A stretch of DNA of 64,000 nucleotides from Lepidodermella squamata (Eukaryota > Animalia > Gastrotricha): contig JBLDXI010000055.1 of the NCBI GenBank assembly GCA_047495785.1, positions 1 to 64,000 on the forward strand, given 5' to 3'. Below the pieces are notes generated by a model, which was not told the DNA's origin, ran no database searches, and worked only from the letters and a program-made list of their open reading frames with translations. The stretch's first letter is position 1. Each line of letters starts with the position of its first letter. Shown piece after piece: positions 1 through 11,728 of the stretch. A program made the position numbers and the translations under genes.

Positions 1-3000
1 AAGAACTAGCCCCACCAGCATACTTCCCATGACTCGTATTCGACTCGGAGCCGCCGCTGTCATCGCTATCGCTATCAGCCCCAGCATCGTCGTCGTCCAA
101 CAATTCGCCGAATTCGGACAACGCCGCGTCAAAAATGTCGTAAAGCGTCGTCGTCATCGCGTAGATCAGCGAATTTTCGTCCGTGTTGTACAGCCGCGAG
201 TTATCCAGCAAACGCCTCACATCGTTGAGAAACGACGCCGCTCGGTCGTAATCACCCTTTTGCAGCCGCTTTTTGATGTTACCCAAATCAATCGGGCTCT
301 TCACGATCCTCGTATAGTCCGGGTATTCACGAATGTCGACAGGGTTCAGAAACGGCTGAGACGCCGGCGATTTCCACAGGCGAGATAGCACCTCCTGGCA
401 GAGCGTTTTCCAGTTCGGGGCTGACGAGTTCGACCCGGTTGAAGATTGCCGATTCGCTTTTTTCGCCGGCGGTTGACGCGATGAAGAACCCGCGCGTTTA
501 CCACTAGGGCCTTCGTCATCCGAATTCAAACCATTGTCAGAGTCGTAATCTTCGTTATACGTCACGCGGGCGCGTTTCCTGGTGCTGTGACGCTGGCCGA
601 ACTTCGAAGAGGCGTCTAAACACTCCGGGTCGTCGATAATAGCCACCAAAATTTCGACAATCGACTCCGCATGCCTCACTATGTCACTACCAGCCTCGTT
701 GAAATTGGCCGCGTTCAACGAAATGTGTTTCACGTCCCATTTGATCGCATCGATTCGTCGATAGTAGCCCGAGACTAACCGCTCCCGGATCAAAGACAGG
801 TCAACAGGGTAGGCGATTGTGCATAAATAGGTTGGATAGGCCGTGTAATCGACGGGCACCACGAAAAATTCAGCTGAGGCTAGGCCCATGACTTGATCGA
901 AGCAAGAAACAATGCGTTGGCAGGTTGCCTCTCGGTCACCCCTGGGCGGCCACTCGTGGTGGGCCGGGACATATGCCGCGATATCATTCGACGAACTAGC
1001 CCCATCCGACGTACCGCCCCGGGTCACTTTCGGTAACGGTTCGATATCCCACGGCGAAACTGACTCTTCATCCTCCTCCGAGTCCCATAAAATTCGATAT
1101 ACCCGGAAGTTACAACCGTGCGCTAGGGGTTGCCGGCCGATGATCGCCCCGCTGTACCACTGGCCGTCGATTTGAGACCGGAATTTATCACCAACAGCCC
1201 AGTCACGGTGCAGCGAACGGTCGTACCACTGCCTCAGAATCACGAAGTCAACAACATTCGCCAAATCGTGGAATTTGAACCTTAACAGCAACGGATTTGA
1301 ATCCTCACGAGTTCTCAGCACTAGCAACCGGACGTAGATCAATCGAACCCCAGTATCTGGCGTGAGTTCAATCGACATATCTTCCACCCGGCAAATTTCC
1401 TGCTCGAGCAGGTCGCTCGAATACAAGTTGTACGGCATCAGGGCCAATTCGCCTTTTTTGATGTGATACGCGTTGAATTTCTGCACAGCGTCAATGTACT
1501 GCCGATGGCCGCGCCAGATATACACGACTTCATCGCCGATTTGCGGCACAAATGGGAAGCGGACTGTTGACGAGGTCTGTGTCATCCAGGGCGGGATGAC
1601 TTGAAAGCGCTCCGTATCGCCGTTGACCGCAAGATTTCCGTTTCGCTTCGCAGTTATACCGCCGTTTTGCGTCGACCGATGCGCCTCGAAAATGTCCGTG
1701 TCAGGTATGCTGGACGAATTTTCGTTGAAAGCTGTCGGGCTGTGGCGTTTCGACGAATTCCGCTGCTTGTAACGAAGAGCGCGAGACGACGGACCCTCCT
1801 CGATCGGTTCTTCTTTCAACCGACGCGACGAACCGGCGCCATTCAACCCGTTTTGACCGTTGGACGAGGCGGTTGAAGCACCCCGGGTCAAAACTGCCGG
1901 TACTGGGTCAGGTACCCTGGAAGTTGAAGGTCTCGAGTGGTCCCGTAATTCGTATCTACCGCTCTGATTTGGGCTTTCTGACTTTTTACTCCTCGACCGG
2001 CGTTTCGAACGCTTTTCAGCTCGATCTGCCCGTCGCGATGTCGACCCTCGTGACGTACCAGGCTGGTCTAACCCGCCGCGCCTCGATGATCGCGAATTTT
2101 CTTGATGGTGACTAGCATCGCGTTTCGGACGAGGCCGGCTGCTGGCTGCCCCGTTGCTGTGTTCACGCGGCTGCCAGTCTGAATCGTCAGAGGCCGGGTC
2201 TGAGCTTTCACTCGAGTTAGAACTGGCTGTGTCTTCATCCGAACTGACCGGGTCGCGATTGCCATTTGTTGCTACTGCTGCTGCGGCTCGGGAACTTCGA
2301 GCGGTTGTTCGAGATCTTTGTTGTTGGTTAGCGGAAGCCGCGCGGCTTGAAGCCAATCGTTTCAACGCTTCGCTAACCGATGCATCACTAGAGGCTCGGC
2401 TGGCCTCGTCGTTACTCGGAACGTCACGGCTCTGATCCTAAATAAAAAAAATGTAGTTATTAAGGGAAATGTTAATAATATTTAGCTCAGAACTAAACGA
2501 TCGATAGATTGATAGCGAGTGAGGGCTATCAATATACTTGGATTTAAGAGAGTCGAATCGATTTTTTTTCGGAAATTTTATGAGATGCTGAAATCATCAT
2601 TTTTGAAAAACCCAAAATTGGGATGTCAAGTCACAGAAATTGCATTTTTCCGGGTTTCCATTTTTGAAACATTCAAACTTTATCGAGGTCATGTTGATGG
2701 ATTAGCGCCCCAGTACATTCAGCAGAATAATCAAAATATTGAAATCAGTTGGGACATTTGAGTTCAGTCCATAGTTGGATTTTTTGAGCGTTTCACAAAA
2801 AATGCATGCACTTTGATCGGAGAACAAATTAGACCGCTCAAATGGTTGCATTATGCTCATTTCGGACTTTTCGCCCCGAGCCTTCAGATGAAACTTCGAA
2901 CTTGAAAATTAATATTTTGTGACTAATATAATGAGGTTTTGAAAATTGCAAGATGGCGCATTTGTATAACGTGTGTAAGCTTCCCAGCTGCGATGCACGT

Positions 3001-5961
3001 AACCGAAAATTTCCAAAATCTTCACAAAATCTTGAGAATTCTCCTCAATAACACCAGTCTGAAGTTAACTTGTGGGATATTTCAATATTTATTTGATCGC
3101 TCTACAAATAATGGGCGAGCATTTCGAGCCGATTGCGTTTCACACTTTCACTTACATCATCAGCCACATCTCGGCTACGGCTGTTATCGTCCAAATCCGG
3201 TCGCCTGGTCCTGCGAGTTGACCGAAGTGTCCGTCCGCCCGAGGCTGCCTCCCTCGATGTCGTCGGCGCATCGTTCGCATTCTCGTCATCCTCGTCCCGA
3301 ATTATCACCCTAGCAGGCCTAGCAGGTCGTCTTTCTCGCCGATCTCGCCGCTCTTCGTGCTCAGCTCGGCGACTAGACCTCGCGCTACTCGCCGCAGCGG
3401 CTGGACGCTCTTCATCCGAGTCATTTTCGTTGTAATTCGGCCTCGCGCCGCGAGTTCTCCGCTCGGCATGGCTGCCGTTATTGCTCGACGCAGCCCCGTT
3501 TCGAGACGGTATTTTCTCTCGCTCCTCTCCGCTGTCCGTGTCATACAACGCCCGGGTAATCAGGCGGTTAGTCGCCGGCATGGTGTTGTCATTATCCGAG
3601 ACTTCAACCGCCCTGGTCTCCCAGCTTCGAAGCCTGTGGTTTTCACTCAGCAAACCGCTATTCTCCGATCGTTTCAGAGGTTTCTTATGCGACTCCTCCT
3701 CGAAATACAAACTCTCCGCGTCGTACTGAGCCGATGCCTTTGCGATTTGGCTGTATACCTCGGTTTGAGTTAGTACCCGGCACAACGGTCGAGTTTCACA
3801 CCAGGCAGCTGGCCGGTCCTGGGGCGGGCGACCGGCAGCAGCGTCGGCAACAGATCGGTCGGTAACTTCGTGGTAGCCTTCATCATCGACTATCACTTCG
3901 GGGATGTTATCTTGGCCAGTTAGCCGTTCGCGGCCGGGAACGAGCTGCTGCATATCTGATGGATACGGCGCACCCTCGGAATCTGAAGAAATTAACAAAA
4001 TGATCAAAAATCGATCAAATAATCAAGCCTTACCGATGAGCCAAGGGGGAGGAAGTTCGTGAGGAGGCCGGTTACTAAGCTGATCGAGAGGGTAGTCGAG
4101 GGGATTGTAAGTAATTTGCCGATAATCGGTGTTGAAAAACATCTGACAATGGGTCATGAATTAAATTCAATAACAATTTCGAAAATTTTGAAATTTTTAT
4201 CTACCTGTTCGGGTAAAGTGCCGTAATCTTTGCGAAACTGGCCGAAACTGAAGAGCAAAACATGACCGTACGAATCAGCGGCAGCGAGGGATAAACTGTC
4301 ATCGGGGTTGAGTGAAAGCGCGTGAATGGCGCCGTTTTCATCGAAATTCGCCCCGGCCTTATTTTGGTAATTAAACATTTGTTCGCCAGTTCGAATGTCC
4401 CAGATGATGATCAGCCCGTCGTAACCGCCCGTCACAACGAGATACGGGTCGAAATTTGAGCAAGATATACAGAAAGCTTGATTTTTGTGGCCCTTCAACA
4501 CGCGAACCAGTTTGCCGGTCTGCGCGTCAAACACTTTGAGCGTTTTGTCCGAAACTGATACGATGAGAAATTCGTCATTGCACGTCCACCGGATCATGCA
4601 AACCTGCACCCGGGACACTACGTCGTCCTTACTGAGAGTTTGCGAGCAGTTGATGATCAACTGGCGCCACTGCTGGCGCTCGTAATGAAAAATCCGAGCA
4701 GTTCCGTCGCAGCTAGCGGTTGCGAATTTCAACGCGTTATTCGCGAATTGGAGGGAATCGACCTCATCGCCGTGTCCCTCGAGCTCGGCAACTTTTTCAA
4801 AAGCAACCGATAACGTGTAGATCCTCACTACACAATCCGAGCTTCCTGCGACTAGAAAATAACCACCCTCGCTGAATGACATTGATAAAACTCGAACGCC
4901 AGCTCGCGATTTTTCAATGAATTTGATCGGTTTCTCGGCGAATGCGTTGTCTATACTTCTCCAACGCCAGAGACAAATCACACCATCAGCCCCGCCAGTT
5001 GCTAAATAGCAGAAGTAATGCGGCGGCTGGGTTGAGTCACCGTCGAAATGGTACATTGGGGAAAAGGCGACCGCGGTAACAGTTCCAGAGTGACCCTTCA
5101 GAACCGCAATATTCGCAGTACTCCTCAAATCCCAAACTCGGACAGTTTTATCACAACTACCCGATGCCATCAAAGAATTATCACAACTAATCGCAATATC
5201 ACTGATTTCCATTATATGACCGCGGAACGTCGCGAGCAAGCGACCGGTTTGAAGGTGCCACGCTTTAATAAGCCGATCATCCGATCCGGTGAAAACGATT
5301 TCCGAGCGTTTGTCGAAGGCCACGCAAAATACGGGCGCAAGATGGCCGAAAACCTTTGCTGACGAAGTGCAAGATTTGTACCGGTACGCCGGCCATGCGA
5401 TGCGAGGTGTAAGTGAACCATACAAATTTGTTTCAGTCAAATATCGAACTAAAAACCAATTTATATGAACGGAACTCCGCCTTAAAATTGAAAACTCACG
5501 AGAATGGCAAGGATTAGAGAAGGCGGTGGATTTTCGAAGAAAGTGAGTTGGTAGACGTTGAGCATACGCAATCATACTGACGGGTGATTGGAAATGAGAA
5601 CCATGTTTCAAATTGTGCTGATTGAGAGCTAATTGCAACAATTGAGGCAGTGTGCCAGGTAGCACATTTTTGTGGAGCAAAGCCTGAAATAAAAATGTCA
5701 TGAAAATATTAAAACAGCCGCCTTAAAAAAATTACCGTATCTTTGTACGTTGATGGTAAGGTATCTCCTTGCCATGTTCTTCGCTTAGGAAGCAACTTAT
5801 ACTTATCGAGCTCTTCTTTCAATGCCTAATAAAAATTTCATTAGCTTCAAGGGAAAAAACAAAATACCGAAAATTACTTTTGAAGCCTCCGTGCAAGGCG
5901 TCTGCTCTAAAAACCTTGCGATCAAAAACAGGAGCTCTGGTTGGATATTGTCGTTATTCAT
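1..5961 (-). CDS. BRWD3: Bromodomain and WD-repeat protein (PHIP/BRWD1/BRWD3 family), 3' end beyond the window
   Basis: Inferred exons: 5961-5878 (MNNDNIQPELLFLIARFLEQTPC, LisH-like PHIP N-terminus), 5825-5736, 5683-4205 (WD40 repeats, e.g. GHLAPVFCVAFD...TGSDDRLIKAW), 4142-4034 (MFFNTDYR...PPPWLI), 3982-3156 and 2437-<1 (Tudor-like region plus two bromodomains, e.g. PVDLSLIRERLVSGYYRRIDAIKWDV). All junctions are GT-AG. Confidence 0.93.
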
Positions 5962-6250
5962 GTCAAGTTCGCTACTAAACCATGCTTACAGCAATCTGTA
6001 TTCATTACTAAGCAAATTCTAAGAAAAATCGTGAATGTAATACAACGTTGTCGTTATTTTTACTTTCGTGTTTTTTCGATGTTCAATCACAAAGAATAAT
6101 TGAGTTTTTACAAAAATCGAGCTACCTCGCTCGAACGGCGCGATTAACGTATAGTTATGTTGTCAACCATCACGTCGATAAACATAAAACAATAATTATT
6201 ATATATATTCGAATAATAAGGCAGTGAGAAAATTAAAATAACTACCACTA

Positions 6251-7028
6251 CTACTGGCTTGATTGCGAGAGAAGCGACGGTTTTGGCTCTTCTTTTGCCA
6301 TGACATTAGCTGACGAGATATTGAGTAGCGCCGAGAAATCTTCGAACGAAAAGCTCGGATGCGAGGGTAGGCAAGAGTCGATTTTCAGCCAACCATGCAG
6401 CACTGGCGTTAGACTAACCGAGGGATGACTGAAGCCGAAAAAGGTTGAGCCTTGATCGGCGCTAACCAATTGCAACATCCCGCCAGATCTTTCGTTTATC
6501 CTCGCGATCAATTTTTCATGCGCTTCTTGCGGCGTATTGCCAGAGAAAACGACATCGCCTTCGATTGAGCTTGAGATTATTGAAAAAATTTGCCCGCTGA
6601 CTTGACACCGATACCAGCAAGGGTGAGATAGTTGGTCGAGGCTGGTGTACTTGCGAAAACTCAGGTAGCCGTTCAAATCTTCTGGATTCCCTGAATTTCG
6701 AATTTCGATTTCTGGCGAGCGGATTTTGCGAGGGCTGGTTAATTCGAAGCCGTACACTCGTTTCGCCAGAACGTATCTCTCGTATTTCAGCTTATTAAGG
6801 CGCTGACGAGCCTCTTGGCACCGACGGGATAGAGCAGCATTAGTGTATAGGGTGCGCCGAATCGCACGCCGAATCATCCCGAGCCTGCGTTCGCACTCGG
6901 CGTCCGGCACATCGTTCATCATCATTTCATAATAAACCTAATAAATGCAAAAAACATGAAAAAGTCAGCTTTTTATTGTCTCATAAAACGGTTTGAAAGA
7001 ATTCGGTGTAATTATTATTACTTACCAT
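6251..7028 (-). CDS. TBRG1: TBRG1/NIAM-like FYRN-FYRC domain protein
   Basis: ORF 6925-6251 has an N-terminal coiled coil and FYR motifs (GYLSFRKYTS...CWYRCQV; FFGFSHPSV). A probable ATG-only first coding exon at 7028-7026 (ATG|GTAAG) splices in frame to the acceptor before 6937. Confidence 0.78.
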
Positions 7029-7613
7029 AATTTGTGTCTTAGACAAATAAGCATGCGCCAATAAAACGGCTACAACAATCAAAAAGAAGAAGAAGACAAG
7101 CACACTGAAACGCTAAAATTGACTGGAGACGCGTCTTGTTGGTAAAAATGAGTAGTAAGCTTTCATATTTTAATTAGTTTAATCATGACAGGAATACATA
7201 ATCATTAAAAGAAATCACCAGGTGTATTTTCGAAGTTATCAGGGCAATAAAATTACGTTAAAATCGATTAGACAGAAGTTTCACACGGTTCACGATAAAA
7301 CACACGTAGACACGTACACAGGGTATGAGATGAAGGCGGCAAAACCAATTTTCCACTGATCCGCGAGGCGAACGAACGCAGGAAGAAACTCAAGATAAAA
7401 ACGAGAAACTTCGCGCTGCAGACCTGATGAATAAGCTCAACAAAAGAAAAAGCGATCATTTTTCGGCATTTTTAAGCAAATAAAACAAATCAAAAGAATT
7501 TCTGTCATGTGAGTAAGCTGAATAATTTTCTAAAACCTTAAACAATTTTTTTCTGCATTAACAAATTGAGCGTGATGATTTTTCTGACGAAGAAAAAGTT
7601 TGGTCAACACATG

Positions 7614-9661
7614 TTAGGGCTGGTATGATTTTTTGATGGCGCAATTCGGGAAAGTGCGGCGTAGCTGGGCTACTTCGTCAAAGTCTAGCGAAGCGCAGAA
7701 CGAGATGTCGAGAAACGCCAAACGTCGGCATCTGTCCAACAGCGAAATCACTCCACTAGCAGTAACATCGCGACAACCAAGGATGTCGAGGTGCTCGAGA
7801 TTCTCGAATAAGTAAGTTGCAAAGCAATCCAAATCGGCGTCGCAAATGGTGCGATTTGCAGTCAACAACAGCCGGCGTAAGCGGGGTAATCCTTTCGCAA
7901 GGTGTCGGAAAATTGACGTCGAGCTGCGAACGTCCCCACACCATCCAAGATCAAGTTCTTCCAGTTTCGGACAACCGTTCGCCAGATCGCGAAGGCCGAA
8001 ATGAGTGACAGATTTGCCTCGCCAGCAATCCAAAGCCTAATAAATGAATAATTAATAAGCCTGATATTCACTTATAAGGAAATAGAGCCAACCTTTAGAT
8101 TCGGGCATGACATAGAAAGACACTTCAGTACCATATCCATGTTGGAAACCTTGGACAAAGATCCAATATCCAGCGCTTCAAGATTCGAAAGCTTAGACAG
8201 TATAGTAACTAATACGGGCTCCGCGATGAAGGTTCGATAAAGAGACAGTCGGCGTAGGTTTTGCAGATTTTCAAGACAAGCGAAGCCAGTGCCGGTCAGG
8301 TTACGGCAACCGGATAGGTCAAGCGTTTGCAACTGAGGCTGGGTTTCACAAATTTTTCTCAGCAAATTATCATCGACTTGCATACAGCACGAAAGCATTA
8401 GCGACTGGAGACGGCCTGGTTGGGCTAAACCGTCGAAAAATGGAGAGCAGTCGACGTACGGTGGAAGCCATGACAAGCGAACATGGCGCAGATCTTGCGA
8501 GAGCTCGGCTAATTTCGCCAAAATTGAAGTATTGACCTTCTCCCAGCATGGCTTCAGATCAAGAACAGTATGCATACCCGGGTCGCGCATCGCGGCATTT
8601 AGTCGCTTGCAAACCAAAGATAAGCGGGCGACTGTGCGTGAGCGGTCATGGTATGGCAGGCATGCGACAACTGCATGAAGTAATTCTTGCGGTAGATTAT
8701 GGAGCTGAGCGATTCGTTCTACAGTAGATAGGGCTTGATTAGGCGGCATTTGCGCCGATAGGCGTTGAATATCATTCAAAGCTTGATGCACAGACCACAG
8801 AGACCATACGCTACGAGTCGAGCATGATTTCTTAGGACTGGTTTCACACGTGCTATTGCTCGACGATGGTTCGTCTAAATCTTGGTCCAACTGATTAACA
8901 ACAGAGCGTTGTGGAGTGACAGCTTCATTCTTGCTTGGGCGATTATTCGAGTCAAATGGGTCGTCGCAGAGCTGCTCTTTACCAACTGAGTTGGGCACTG
9001 CATAGCCATGGATGTAGACAGCATCAATTTCAGGGTAATATTCAGCACCATTAGCGCAAAGTTCAAGGCGTATTGCATTTACTGGTCGATTGTTCAGCTT
9101 CTCCAAGTTTAGAGGAGGAACGAATGCTCGAGCTGCTTTACCAAGCGTTAGATCAGGCTTGCCACGCCACAGCAGAGTCCAGTCCGTAACTGGATCCTCA
9201 GGACTCGCGCTATATCCAGCATAGACTCGAACAACATGCCCAACATTGAACGTTTCGTAAATCTCGACTGCTTTCAGATAAACTGGAGTAGTATAAGACA
9301 GCGCTATGAAATCTTCCGTCAAATCGTCAGGGTCTTCAGTTGAATCAAAAGCACTGTCAAGCCATAACAGAGAATTTTCTTGCCACCAACGATCGAATGT
9401 GCGAAATACTGCAGCATGTGAGCAGTCTCCGTAGCGTGGGTAGATGCGAGTTTCGCCAGCCAAATTTTGAGCGGTGTATGCAAAAGCGGATTCTTCACCG
9501 CCGTATTGAGATGAAAATGCAGTAACTTGACAGGCGGATTGGCGCAAAATTGGCTGCTCTTTAATCGGGCTTGAGATCAACTCAACGTTCTCCATACGTG
9601 CTGGAGAAGATAGGATTCGGGCTGTACTGCTTCCATTATGAGCTAAGCGCATCTCGTTCAA
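7614..9661 (-). CDS. FBXL4: F-box/LRR protein 4
   Basis: The N-terminal FSSQYG...YTAQNLAG...YPRYGD...FRT and IYETFNVG motifs are typical of FBXL4, followed by an F-box (LPQELLHAVV) and LRRs (LEELDLGWC, LLLTANR, LDILG). Exons 9661-8093 and 8036-7614. The true start is uncertain because a splice acceptor abuts 9661. Confidence 0.9.
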
Positions 9662-11728
9662 CTAGAATTCAACAACTAATATGCCTAGGTTCTGAATCAA
9701 ATCCTGTTTTAATATTAAGACGCCAAATAGAGAATAGAATCATATCAACAGTTAATAAAAGCCTCAGTATGTTAGCGCGAGAATGGTAACGGATTTTGTC
9801 CACGTTTAACCAAGATATGGAATTGGGATGTCCCCTCTATGCAGTAGGGTACCTCCATATCTCATTTCGCTTGCCCCATCCATTAGCATACGTATTGGCA
9901 CTCGAAAAGATGTCTTGAGCATCACCACGGAACAAGCGTTATTAAAAAGGTTAAGGCGTAACACCACTCTAGGAAGCTTTTATTTTAGGAAGAAACTATC
10001 GAGTAATAACAGAGGTCAGTCTAATCATAATAGAAAGCTAAGATTTGCACATTCGCAATTGCCAATGCTTAAAAGCTCATAATCATATCACATTGCTTCC
10101 AGGTCGGAAGCCGAAGATCGATATTATAAAAATGAAAACCAAGAATTGAACGAGATTGAACGAGTATTTCAGTATTTCTAGAACTAGAACTCATGTGGCT
10201 GCTCTCATCTCTCATCCAGCCCGCAGAATGTCTTCAAATTTCCGAGTTTTTCCATTTATTCTTCATTCTAATATACGTCTCCAACGAGATCACATTTTAA
10301 TGGATAAGCAAAAACAATGGTTTATCGGAGGAAAAATATTCCGAAATTAAATGTCAGCCATAAAGGGTAGTCGTTTTCGGTTTGTCCCATGTCCAACAAA
10401 AGGTTACGGGTGCGCGGCTTGTTGTTCGGCATCTGATGATGACGACATCTTTTTGACCCCAGTGTTTTGGATTTGGAATTTGACTGTTTTTAGTTAAGTC
10501 TGTGGCAGATGTGATCAAAACATTCGGCATCGGTGATCGTTCAAGTTAAACCATTCTAACAGAACTGCAGGTTACTTAATACGTATGAGATTTTATCATG
10601 TCCAAAATTGTTCCTGACGATTGTTTGGTGCTGGCAACTTCGGTAGATCGCGGACCATGGTGAAATTGCAGCAATGGTTTAGGAATATCCGAACTACTTC
10701 AAAATAGTATAGTTTTAGCATCTGAGCTTTACGAAACTTGAGTCATCGTGCCTGATACGCAAGCCTTTTGACTTTTGAGGTCAAATACTCGTTAGTGTCT
10801 CGGAAAGGTTTTCCTTGTCTGGCGTCTGGCCGAGTGTAACGTGTAATAGAGCTATGTATGGTGTATGTTGCCATTTTCAGCTCCTGAGGTATATTCCAAT
10901 TAGTGTTAGTATGTTTAGATGATTAGAGGAATCCGATGATCGATAATCTAACCTACTTGCAATGAAGAGGTTTCATCTGACCAGTTCCACGATTTCTATA
11001 GCTGTATCACAAGAAACATCCTAACTTCCTTAGTTTGCGGGCTTAGATCCATGCCTGTTGCATTATGCTTCTTGTTTCAATACAGAGGTCCTTAAACCTA
11101 GATAGTTGAGAGTGGGATATGCTTAAAGCCATGTGTATGTGATGCTTGCATTGTCTTTTTGGGAACTGTAAAGGTGGGATTTTTTAAACTTCCTATGGAG
11201 CACCACTGCAGATTTCGTATTCGGATCCTATTTCTTTGATAATAATATATAACCTACGTTTTTCAGGTTTCGAGTACCGATCGTTACTCGAGAAACTGCT
11301 ATCGCGTTTTCCACCGGTCACCGGTCACATACCATCAGACAGAGAGTTCAAAATGTATGGTTGCGCGGTAGTTAGAGGAAATAGGTTGTTTCTTTTGGTC
11401 TCTTCCCCCATATGAAGACTGATTTGCGAACGTCCGCCAAATACTTAAAATGGTAATTACATCTCGATTATCACAGGCTCCCAGCTCTGAACTCTTAACC
11501 TTAAAATATGAAGAGATTGTTTACGTTCATCCCTTCTCTCGAAAGTTTATTTTTTTCTAAGAATTGATCAGTCAAATATTATAGCGAAAAATGCTACAAA
11601 TCATCTGCGAAATTCGACTGGATTTCGTGTAACTTGTAACATTCGAGTATCACCGTCTTCCTTTTTCCATTGAATGACTGATATGCATCGTAGGTTAAAT
11701 TTTTCCACTTTTGCAATTATTTCGTTCG

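Noticed and set aside
29-2435. Several plus-strand ORFs (e.g. 29-388, 912-1175, 2154-2435)
   Set aside because: They are antisense shadows of the long minus-strand BRWD exon encoding the bromodomains.
5962-6250. TBRG1-BRWD as an operon
   Set aside because: The 289-nt gap contains a plausible cis donor-acceptor pair (5' UTR intron) and CG-containing promoter-like sequence, so independent transcription is adequate.
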